This document shows, piece after piece, positions 21,991-33,099 of a stretch of DNA of 41,780 bases. Both the position numbers and the translations under genes were made by a program. Below the pieces are notes generated by a model that saw only the letters and a program-made list of their open reading frames with translations, did no database searches and had not been told where the DNA came from. Source of the DNA: Catajapyx aquilonaris (taxonomy: Eukaryota); assembly GCA_000934665.2 (NCBI GenBank), contig JYFJ02003446.1, positions 1 to 41,780 of the forward strand, in the 5' to 3' direction. Each line of letters opens with the position of its first letter. The first letter of the stretch is position 1.

Positions 21991-23052
21991 CTTTTGGAAT
22001 GTCCAGCGCAGCTGATGGGATAGTTGTGACACACTGAGAATATCGACTGTGGATTCCGAAGCACATTGGGAGTAACCACATTTGGAGTGTTACAGGTGCC
22101 ATATCTATGCTGCCCTTGATTTGTGGCTCTCTCGAACGACTGAGGACTAACCATAGGTCTTCCAAACAGTTGCTGCAGCATCCGTTGTTGCTCCTGCTGT
22201 TGTTTCTGCAATATCTGCTGATATTGTAGCTGCTGTCGCTGCCTCTCTAGAATCTGCGCCCGATAAGTCATGTTGTAATTGTAGTAATCAGGACATTGTG
22301 TTGTAGTGGGTGTCGGCAAGTACGTTTGTGCTGGAGGATACGTTGGAAGCATTTGATGATGGTGGTGGTGGTGGTAGGCATAGCCAGTCTGTTGCCTGTG
22401 GACATCCGGATTCGGTGGCTTGTATCCATACTGCTCAGGAGGTGGAGATGGTCGAAAACAAGGACCAGGTGTCCCACTTTGCAACTGCAAGTTATAATTA
22501 GCTGAAGCCGGACAGGTTGTAGGTGGATAATCTGTCCATCGCTGAGGGTAACTGACAGGACGAGGTTGGAACCCTGGTGGAGGTGGCAGTTGCCACTTTG
22601 TCTCACTTCTTTCTGGCTCCCTAGACGATGCCTGTTCAGTCTTGTGCGTTTCTTGCCCCCCTCTGCACACCATCTTCTGTGAGTCTTTTTCCTTAGATTC
22701 TCGTTCAGCTTTGACCTTAGATTTGGATCGCCTCCGTGTCTCCACTTCATCGCTGTTTACGTCTTCGTCTGTGGAATACCAGGTTGGCACAAAAGACGTG
22801 GCGTCGACATTCATCTTATACATTGCTTGGCTGGACTCAGGAAGAAGTGGTATTTTGTCCATGGCTGATGAACTCGTTGCTGAGATCAGGCAGCTTTTCT
22901 CCAACAATCTGGGAATGTTGGTGTCTGAGAGGAAGAATGATGGACGAACTTTCTTCTCACGTCTGTTGTGCCTCAATTTGGTCTTCAGATGGCTGCTAGT
23001 CTTTTCTGCACTATCGGCTAGTTCTTTAGCTTCATTCGATTGTGATGAAGTA
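21991..23052 (-). CDS. Gene 2 exon 4 (PAM2-like motif, PPPPGF, Q/P/Y/H-rich region); reads on to a stop at 21972 if unspliced
   Basis: 382-codon ORF; acceptor tctgttattctAG, phase 2; donor AAAAG|GTACGA, phase 2, matching exon 5. Confidence 0.8.
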
Positions 23053-23236
23053 CTAGAATAACAGATTACGCAGCAATGTAATAACTGAAAATGAGTACCG
23101 GTACTACACACTATCTGCAAATAATTTAAATCAGCAGCAGTAGAAATGATTAAGCACAGTTTCTGTTAATGTGTCTTTCTGGAAAATGTGTGCAATTTGT
23201 CCATGAATTTCAGTAATCACATGACACATGGTATAC

Positions 23237-23390
23237 CTTGCTTCCAATCGTGGAGCAGTCCACAGCTGCGTCCTTCCGTGAGTGTGGGGTTTGTTCTCGG
23301 ACATCCCTTCCTGGCATGTGGAAGTGGCATTTTTGCATCGACTTTTCCTTTCTTCCTCTTCATGTTCTCGAACTTGTTCTGATGCGTCCA
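23237..23390 (-). CDS. Gene 2 exon 3
   Basis: Acceptor tattacAG, phase 1; donor AG|GTATAC, phase 2; open hydrophilic frame DASEQVREHEEEERK...RLEA. Confidence 0.7.
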
Positions 23391-23565
23391 CTGTAATATA
23401 CATAATCATTTCTTAAGTCACATCCTCAAAGTCTCGGCAGAAAAGAAATGGTGCCGTGCATCACTATAAGATCACTTAACTCCATATCCATCCTCACAAT
23501 GTCACCTAGGTGTCCCATAACTCGTATGCTATACATTACACAAAATACACAATGAATATGTTTAC

Positions 23566-23807
23566 CTTTTTCATCACTGCACTTGTCCTCACCACTCTTC
23601 GCGTCTTGATCAGGGGAATTTGGTGGATTCATTAAGTCTTCGCACTTTTGAACCCATACTTTCAAGTACTGGTGCCACACTAAACTTTGATAGTAAGCCA
23701 TTTCACCCAACATAGAAGGATCGAATCCAGTGGCACCAAAACTGTACAGCGTGCGGTGATCCTTGACATCGTCCAAACTGTGATTTTTTGGTAGCAAACG
23801 TGACAAG
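23566..23807 (-). CDS. Gene 2 exon 2
   Basis: Acceptor ctctctttcttccttAG, phase 2; donor AG|GTAAAC, phase 1; open frame LSRLLPKNH...KCSDEK. Confidence 0.8.
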
Positions 23808-24528
23808 CTAAGGAAGAAAGAGAGGAGCACAGAATGTCGACTATACAGATTTATACACACTAGTGGCTACATAATGCGATGTAAATATATCATGATAAAC
23901 TCACGTGAAGTTGTCTCCAAATGGATTGTATTCTCCCGGGAAATATCGATGAGGCCTGTTTGGTGGGTAGTAGTTGGACGTCTGGTAGTATAAGATGTTG
24001 GGATTACGAGCCAAATCGTACCTAAATGTAAATATAATACCGCATGCATGAGTTATGGGAATGTATATACACTGCGCGAAGGCATCATAATTATTATAAG
24101 AAATTACTTAAATCCTAGTTGCCTTCTGTCATTTGACTATATGCCAAATTTATTATCCTACGGTACATAACGCATGACAACTCTTCGCCTTGCCGGGCTT
24201 ATTACCGCAGTCAATATTATTATCACGGTGGATGATTCGGAGTGACTCGCATTCAGAATAGGCGTGGCTGGGGCCTCGGGGTTAGAGCAGAATGAAGGCC
24301 ATATTTGCATATTGGGCCCAATTTACAGACTTAGTAATCACCCGTATAGTGTATAAGTGCAATCTGATCGGTGACTCACATATTGGCCAGATTTGGCTGT
24401 GTGCCTCATTATGGGCGTGTCGAGGCAATTGCGTTTTGGTAAAATCTCTGCGTGAGTTACATACGTATATAGGAAATAAGTTATCATGACTGCCATGCAA
24501 CCTCCTAACCACCCGTAGCACATGAATA

Positions 24529-25419
24529 TAAGGGATGTTCAAAACAAGACCGAACTTTTTAAACGGCGCGTGAACTGGCACAGAGAGCGTGTTGAGGCTA
24601 CTGACAGCACCTACAGCGCTACAGCGACATGTCTTGGCAACAAACTGTCATGTGCTACGTTGACCATTGGTCATCGAGATACATCCACTTAAGTGAGCAG
24701 TTGCACAAGCTGTTCGTCGGATTAGTGACAAAGTGAAAATGAAACAGCTTGATAAACAACATGTTTGTGTGAAATTTCGCTGCGAAATTGGTAAATATTT
24801 TACAAAGACACTTCAATTGCTTTACCAATAATACTAGCATCCTTGACCAAAACAAGCACAGATGAGTCGGTCAAAGGTCAAAGTGATGTTGGTTGTGTTT
24901 TTGGATTGGAAAGGCATTTTCATTATGAATTTGGACTATAGTGTTGTCAAATAGTTAACAAATAGTTGCACCGGAATGTTTTAGCGCATTTGAGTGATGC
25001 GATGCCCAGGGAGAGGCCTAAATTGTGGGAAAGACAGACTTGAATGAAATTGAGCCACGCCATGGCAATTTGGTGGCTTACACATCGCTCCTCGCCATCA
25101 GGTATCTGGCAAAACATCAGACATATGTTGTGTCAATCTACCCTATTCTCCGGATTAGCCCCAGCAGACTTTTTCCTATTTTATAAAATTAAAACCAATT
25201 TGAAATTTCCAAACCATAGATGCGATTCATGACAATGCGATAAGAGCACTGCGCGCCATCACAGAAAGTGCGTAAGTATTCCAACAATGGAAGAAAAATT
25301 AAAATGGTATATTGCCAGTAGAAGAAACTACTTTGAAGGACACAGTGCTTAAAATGTATCGCAAATTGAGCAATAGAGTCCATATAGAAAGAGTCCGGTC
25401 TTTTTTTGAACACCCCGGG
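24529..25419 (+). mobile_element. Decayed, internally deleted mariner transposon in gene 2 intron 1
   Basis: Imperfect TIRs GGGATGTTCAAAACAAGACCGAACT / AGTCCGGTCTTTTTTTGAACACCCC with TA flanks; fragments KQHVCVKF, SRSKVKVMLVVFLDWKG and GLAPADFFLFYKIK. Confidence 0.9.
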
Positions 25420-25743
25420 TAAGTTATACCGGTATATTCATGGCGCTATGTACCACGAATGTGCTGGCGTTAACATGAAAACCTTTTCCACCGAACATGA
25501 AGTATCATACATATTACATGCTTCCAATAAAAAATATTGTGCAGAGTGTATTGGCCGTGGAATGAAACATTATAGGCGAAGGAATATTACTTCACTTCCT
25601 ACCCGTTGTTCGAGAAATTATTATTTAACACCTTGTGTAACGTGTTGGGAAGAACATAAGATAATGGTATTACAGCGCACTGATAAATAAATATCATACT
25701 GCCCCATTGACTTCATGCTGAGAAGAGTATTCAAAGGCTGTGG

Positions 25744-25793
25744 AAGAAGAAGAAGAAGAAGAAGAAGAAGAAGAAGAAGAAGAAGAAGAAGAA

Positions 25794-25857
<64 letters not shown>
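25744..25857. repeat. Compound microsatellite (GAA)n(GAT)n
   Basis: Directly visible. Confidence 0.98.
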
Positions 25858-25859
<2 letters not shown>

Positions 25860-26699
25860 TATCAAGCTTTTAATGGAGTCCCACGGTAATAGATCCCACG
25901 ATATTACAAACCAACAACACAATAATACCCACATTACTACATCGAATGAAGGTTATTTTCAGTCGTCCTTTACATTGTGTCATGGGTTCTCATGGGCCCT
26001 TATTCGTGAGAGTTACTGTACATATTAGCGGCGCAGTACATCCTCTTTAGCTCAGCCAATTTAATGACTGTCGAAGCAAGCTTCGCCATATAGTAAGTTC
26101 CATAATGATCAGGGAGTCGTTCTGATGCTATTATCTGAATGATTATGAAAATATAACTGCCTACTCACTATTTTCACACCTAACATCATAATGTGTCACT
26201 GGCATTTTACAGCCAAACGTTCATGTAACAACACAGTAGATTACCTTCACTGTGAATGCCAAAATTTTCTTCACATTAGAATTAAATTCAAGGTGAAATC
26301 AAGTACCATTTACGGGGCAGTTTAACACTCCACACAAGCCCTCCGCCCCTCCTATAAAAATTCGATATGTGTTAGCAGACATACACGCTTGTTAAGATAT
26401 TAAAATGACCAGTCGATTGATTAATAAAACGTCCAAATTTATCCAGCCGTATAGTAAGCCTAAGTTATATGACAAAAACAAGGCTCGACTGTCATCAAGG
26501 TAGCAAAAAGGGGGCGTTTAGGATTTATATTAGCGATAATAATCATACCTGACTCGGAGTTTAAAGACACAGTGGATATAGGTTTCCCGCTTGCGGAAAA
26601 TTTCGGTAGACTTTGAGAAAATATATCCATAATTTTTGGGCTGCAAGTTACTGTTAACTTAGAAGTACCATTGCCAACACTGGTACTGCTAAGTTAGCA

Positions 26700-27000
26700 T
26701 AACTATCAGTGGTAAGAAAATTCCACCCATTGATTCTGGAAGTGCTGCAACAACATACTGTGACAATTTAGGCCTCTAGGTGCAGTTATGTGGCAAACTA
26801 GCACACCCTCAATAAATCGACATTGCACAATGTGGGTAGCATTTGGCGGCGTGAGGTTTCTGACCTCAAAGTGTAGGCAATGTAGATCTGATGTATACGC
26901 TACCTCCTGCATCATTAATATTGTTATTGACGACAACGCCCCAGGAAAGTTCATTGATCTACTTCAGGCGATGAAAGGTGTACACGCGGTCGGAAGAAAC
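26700..27000 (-). pseudogene. Possible highly decayed pogo-type DDE transposase fragment
   Basis: NLTPPNATHIVQ resembles the pogo motif LPPNxTHxLQPLD; little other support. Confidence 0.3.
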
Positions 27001-27563
27001 CATGGCAGAGAACTAATTATTATTCTACTTTCATTTAGGCGCAAAGCTTGCGTGTCCATAAATACATTATGTACCAATGGAATAGTCATCAAGTAAATTC
27101 ACTGTACCGGTAGGTCATCATTCACATCAGCGCTCCAATTTACCTAACTCTGAGTTGTACTTTTTTCATACTTGTTTCAAATTGCCTCGTACTATTAAGA
27201 ATGAGGGGGGAAACGTTATTTTGCAGTTACGGAACTTTCATATCATAGTCATAGAGTTTTTAAAACAAACCGTATAGAACCTATTAACACACTAGGGCCC
27301 CTACCTATAGCGGTAGGCCGGTAGAACACTCGTCCAAGATAAAGTTTAGCAGAGGGAGAAGGGACGAAGAGTATAGGGTATACATTGCTTTTTCAAAATC
27401 ACGCTTAAGCTAAATCGCTAAATCGCAGGTGGGTCAATTATCTCAGTAATGAGGCGGCCCAGGCATAATCACTCCTCTACATAATGTGATCCTCTGGTGC
27501 CTAGGTAGGGGGTGGTATAGGTTTGTCGGTGTTGCTCATGAACACCCTGTATATTTACTTCTT

Positions 27564-27886
27564 GGGGGAGGCACGGTGGCCGAGATGGTAACGTCTCGGC
27601 TTGCTATGCGAAAGGTCCCGGGTTCAAATCCCCACCCGGGAACAAACCTTTCGCTTGCGTCAATGCGTCTTGGCAACCTGACCTCCTGGGGGACTGCACC
27701 TGGCCCACCGCTGGACAATGCACCTGCACATGTGTTCCCTCCCCAAATCCCCAACCCTTCCCCTATTTCCTAGTAATCATTGCACCGGTGATTCGAAGAA
27801 AAACTAATTAGAAAACTGTATGGTGGTCTGCCACCCCCGAAAGGCCCATAGAGGGCCATCAAGGGGTAAAAAAAAAAAGTAAGTAA
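27564..27886 (+). mobile_element. tRNA-derived SINE, family A, copy 3 (diverged subfamily)
   Basis: A-box, B-box GGTTCAAATCC, poly(A) tail, TSD ATATTTACTT (27551-27560, 27887-27896). Confidence 0.9.
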
Positions 27887-29241
27887 ATATTTACTTTTCA
27901 CAACCATGTGGCTCTTGCCTTTCGTATAGCGAAAAAGCCAGCATGGGAAGTAGTTGTACCAGCTGAGTCACGAGAGCAAAACAAGTCAAATAAATTGATA
28001 TAAATTATAGTGTGCATTGTTGACAAACTGAAAAAGTAAAAGTTCTAATTTGATTGTCCTGAGACCATAGAGTCTGCATGAAATGGTTACTTATTCATCA
28101 TGAGTATACTCGATTGATGCTCATCATGCTATTTTTGGTGACACTGTCAGTTTTCCCCTCAAGATTATGCACGACAACTGTCCAAATTATAGGTTAAATG
28201 CATCACAAACACGATCGTCCTGTTGCACTACAGACTACTGAAAAAAGATGATCTACCGAAAATTTCACGGACGTTGTTAATTGCTGTATATAATACAGTA
28301 AACAGTAAAATATGAGGCTAGTTTACCCGACAGTCGCTGCTCGATCTTGATATTGGCTCTTGTTGTAGGCCCTCTCCCACTGACCTCCCTCACTGCCCCT
28401 TCTCCTATCAAGAAACTCGTCATGCCCATCAATGTAGCTGATGCCGAAATCAAATTGGCCTAAAATAGCTCATATTTTTCATGCCAATCCCGAATTTCAG
28501 TCTGTCCTTGTTAACAGAGAAAGCGCATGGGTAGTGCTGAGAACTGAGGTTAAAAATACCTAACACGGATCAGTCCCATTCAATTGGGTGGGACGGTGGA
28601 AGAAGGACGTTTCCCAACTGAGTTTGCATTAAAAATACTCATGACGTCATTTGCATCGTTACATTTATTATGAAAGTTTGTGTGGACTAGGATACCCAAT
28701 TTTAAAAAAAACGCAGACAATGCAATGCTTTTATACGGGTTTTAAAAACTCATTCGTATTTCAGTGCTACGAAGCATGTCATCCTGAGTTACCATTGGAC
28801 AGGATCGGTAGTTAAAAATATGCATGAAATTGTCTAGCATATGACGAAAATCGAAATAAGCAGCAAAGAATCATTGACTATTTAATTTGCCATTTCGCGA
28901 AGTTGGCCATTCGCCTACCGACCAACTCTGTACTGATATTACCATATACCCAGTATGAACAAATAATCATGCAATAGACAAATCATGTAATACTACATGC
29001 AGCGTCCAAAAATAATATCATCCTGATTCCTGAAGAAGATAATAAAGAAACGGGTACCTTATCCTTATACGTCAATCACAAAGTCACAGGTCTCCTTAAC
29101 ATTACACCTCTGCAAAAATATCCTCATTCCTAATCTCATCTAACTTAGTAACCCCACAAACAGCCCGGAGATAACGCATCTCTGTAGCTAACACCCTACT
29201 CTTGTAGCCTACCTATCTGACCAAACCCACACTTCGCTATA

Positions 29242-29746
29242 CAGGGAGTTTCTTAATTCAGGGGACAAACTTGCAGGGGTAATAGAGGGGACCAAGACAA
29301 ACATATTTCACATAGGAACCCGTGTCCGGAAACGCCATCTAGAGGGGGTTCTAGACGAGCAACGGGTGCGCTCAGATGCGTCGCGCGGGAGGCGCTAGGC
29401 GAGCAGACTGTTTTGTTGAGAGATGGCACGCGGATAGTAAACCACAACACGATGTGCCATAACCTCAACAAAGAGCAACTAAAGTACTCCTCCTAGGAGA
29501 CGCGCTGACGGTTCTGTTGTTGCCAGGTTATGACACATCGAGTTGTTGTATCCGCGTGCCATCTATCAACAAAGCAGTCCGCTCTCCTAGCGCCTCCCGC
29601 ATGATGCGTCTGAGCGCACCCATTCCTCGTCTATGAACCCCCTCTAGATGGCGTTTCCGGACACGGGTTCCTATGTGAAATGTGTTTGTCTTGGTCCCCT
29701 CTATTATACCCCTGGAAGTTTGTCCCCTGAATTCAGAAACTCCCTG
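29242..29746. mobile_element. Tc1/mariner-type MITE with ~200-bp TIRs
   Basis: TA|CAGGGAGTTTC...GAAACTCCCTG|TA; 29242-~29435 is inverted at ~29548-29746. Confidence 0.92.
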
Positions 29747-30367
29747 TATAGGGTACCATACGTAGCCTAAGTGAAGGAACAATAACGTGCGAATGGACAA
29801 CCTACGGGCAGTAGATAAGTCCTTATTTTTATTCCTTATCAAGCTTTTAGAATTTAATATTGAACAGAATGGATTGAATGAAGACCTTGATGAACGAATG
29901 GCCAGAGTCACAATGAAACTATATTTCGAGACTCACTCTATACTTGGAAATTAGAATGATGCATGTTTTATCCCCGATATTTTAAAATATGGGACATCTC
30001 CAGCACAACATTGAGACGAATGTATCATAAAACTGATTCTACCAGCGTGGCCCCGGAAGCCCTGATTCCCCAATTCCTAACTCAATTTCGACCAAAATTC
30101 TACTGTGACGCTTCTGTTATTTTCAGATCTTCAAATGAACCAGAATTAAGGCATTGAGAGTTATCAGAGTTATTGATACTGTCGGGATCAAAAATCAGGA
30201 GTGATAATATTAAGCTCCCATTTTCCTACAGATCTGAGATCACACCTGCAACGGTTAAAGAGGCTGCTTCATTCAACATCAATAATTATTGCTGCTCTTG
30301 AAAGTGACAATTCGAATGCCATATTACAGTTCGATTCGCTACCTCATGAACCCCCAAATGTACTCAC

Positions 30368-30798
30368 ACATCATCGCAAGGAGGTGGCATATACTGCGTC
30401 CTCCGGTACTCCTCCCCGATGCTACGGTCCATCCAGAAAGCACCTTGACCGACGTTCTCCGCTTGACAGGGGTCGGTCTTGAGGGCGTCCATCCCAAAGT
30501 AATAAAAGCTGGGCAGGAGGGGATAGTCGTCGTCGTCGTACCTGTAGTCACCGTACCTGGTCAGCCTGGAGAAGGGGATGATGCTCTGGACCGACCTGGG
30601 GTGCTCCACTCTGATCTTGGACAGGATCTCGGCCACTGATTCCTCCGCCTCGGCCTTCTGGTTTTTATCCATCCGATCGTAGACCAGCAGAAGCTGGGAT
30701 GGCGACAGACCCTGACCGAAGGCAACGGTTTGCGACCGCGAACCATTGGCGTACACCTTCATCCTATCCGCGCCGTCCCGCTGGGTCGTACCGGACAT
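30368..30798 (-). CDS. Gene 2 first coding exon (MSGTTQRDG...PPCDDV)
   Basis: GC-rich ORF; ATG at 30798; donor GT|GTGAGT, phase 2, matching the acceptor at 23807; a possible upstream acceptor tttctgcAG lies at 30848-30847. Confidence 0.75.
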
Positions 30799-30859
30799 GT
30801 CCGACGATGAGTGGGACGGATGAGGTACGGAATTAGTACGTACAGCCTGCAGAAACACC

Positions 30860-31170
30860 CATTTGGAAACAACCCGCCCGTGCTGCTACTGCCGCCCAGT
30901 CGGTGTTCCAAACGAGAGGTCAGCGACCTCTGCTCCCTGATGACGTCACGAGCCAAACGCAAGGGGTGCCAATCGCACATATATACTTTACGGCCATGCC
31001 AGATAATATTTATGTTTCAGCGTTTTTACTATAAAAGTGCTCTAAATTGAAGAAAAGGCTTCGTTTTAAAATACATTCGCATTAGTGTGGTCATCCGGAA
31101 TATGACTGGCACCAAATATTCGAATAAAATGGCGCCGTCAGAACCACGGTCAGAACGACAATGACGACGT
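30860..31170. promoter_or_regulatory. Candidate promoter region of gene 2
   Basis: CpG-rich; CRE palindrome TGACGTCA at 30941-30948, CCAAT ~30969, TATA-like ~30980, CCGGAA ~31095, YY1/Pho-like AAAATGGCG at 31126-31134; lies directly upstream of exon 1. Confidence 0.4.
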
Positions 31171-32009
31171 TGACCACCATCACAACAAAAATACTAAAGT
31201 TGCTTGTTAATTTCTTAACAACAAGGTCAACAACAACATCAACAACAACAGACCTACCGACTGTACCTCATTCTAACCTTTGCCACATAAAATTCCAAAA
31301 GCACCGTTGAGGTTCAGATGGTTCGATCCCTGGGTCAAGCACATGGGAGCAGTGGGATAGATGATTGAAGATACGTAGATCAAGACCAATTTTAAAAAGT
31401 GCACTCTGAATATATTTTTAATGATCCCATAGAACTGCATCAATAGCCTCTGGCATGCAGTATTTTCTAGTTCTGGCCTAAGGTCAACGGTTACCCCAGA
31501 AATCCACGACGAATGTTAGTCTGACGGGAGTTCCCACGATGAGTCACCGATGGCGGATGGAGGTGGAATAACTCTATCTGCCCAGATATTTAAAAAAGAG
31601 AAATTCTGATGCAAAAAGAGAGGGGAGTGGCAGGGGTGGGACTTTTCCATGGACGGGTATGTCCGGATAATTCGAAAAGGGTCCTAGAAAACTGCCAGTC
31701 GTAGAAGCTGCTTTAAATCAGGTTTAATCGAAAGAACAATATACTTGAGTTTGACTTCTGCATAAACTCTGTTACATTTCTTTGCGAGGCATACTGTCCT
31801 TCTTTCGGACCTTTATTGCTAACTTTTGATTTTGGCGATGCACGCATAATAGCGAGTACAGTGTATATCATTCATTGTTGGACTATGTATTACTTTTTCT
31901 TCCATCTACAAACAAGAAGTAATATATGAGCCTCTCTGTAGTAGGTCCTCCATATCGCTCAAATAAGGACACTTTAAAACTTCATGAGGTTAATTAGAGG
32001 TAATCTCTT

Positions 32010-32460
32010 TACTAGCTCATTCGAATTGAGATGTACGGATATTCTCCAAGATTGCTCGAATCAGAACTGTTGCACATGAAAATTGATGAAATGTGCAAAT
32101 CTTCGCAACAAAATAATAGTAGCAACAAATAATGGTGAATGTTACAGATCACCATTAGTGTGTGCCAAGTATTGAACAAAAACGAAGAAAATATCTGCTC
32201 CATACCTCCTGTCTGGCTGAATGAATGACTCCAGTCTACGCATGAATTTGCCTGATATACACACCAACTCTGAAGTTAGTCCCATCACCCTCCTAACATT
32301 CAATACCTTTCCAAAGCTGTACCCATTGGTTTGTAGGCCTGAAAACTCCCTAGGTCTTCATGTGAAACTGATGCTCCAACGTCTTCTAGTACGTATTTGT
32401 AAATCAGTGGGTGGTCTACCTAAATTCATGGTGTGAACCAACCCATAATACACCAGTTCT
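32010..32460 (-). mobile_element. Highly decayed non-LTR retrotransposon reverse transcriptase fragment
   Basis: Collinear degenerate RT motifs ISGKFMRRLESFI, FSSFLFN and LLFCCEDLHI..SSDSSNL (compare GISGKLL.WI.SFL, LSP.LFN, LFADDLKI). Confidence 0.45.
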
Positions 32461-33099
32461 GGTGCCAATCATAGCCTGACTGTATATCACCCTGTTACCC
32501 CCAACCTCATTCCACTGCTGCAGTGTAGCTAAATTAATGCAACTTTGCCTGTCCTTCATCACAAGCATAAAATTAAAATGCAATTATGATTCACCAATTA
32601 ACATTCTCCCCTGTTGTTCTCGAATACTACTGCCCTACACATGAAATTACCAATTGCAGAAAGACGTGAGGGTCGCAATACCAACTTGATGCAAAGCATT
32701 TCGAGGCATGTTGATCCTCATTCCCAACTGCATGACAGGCTCTCTTATGTAGGGCTGCAGAATACTGTTAACAGTGCAATGACACTTGCATGTAATATTA
32801 TTATTCTCAGCATATAATGTTGGCGATCCCAAATATAAGTGGGCCAGAATATTGCTTGCAGAACTGAATAATGAGAGACTCTCTTTGTTTCTTTCTTTTA
32901 ACTTGTGCACAATATCAGTTTTGTATTACACAGTAGAGTACATTATTTATAGAAAAATACAAAATACAAGTGTCAGGGAGATGCAATTATTATATATAAT
33001 ATATAGGAACACGCTAACAAAGATCCTATTCCTGTACACATGGTGACAATGGTCTTCGCCAACTGAAAAAAGAAGAAGAAAAAAAGAGAAATGCAGCAA

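Noticed and set aside
18737..23061. Plus-strand ORFs overlapping the large minus-strand ORFs
   Set aside because: Antisense shadows of coding exons, with no independent splice or homology support
2490..25934. ORFs with poly-I/Y/L/V/M/F/C runs (e.g. 5504-5850, 11494-11734, 14554-14925, 25731-26028)
   Set aside because: They are translations of trinucleotide microsatellites
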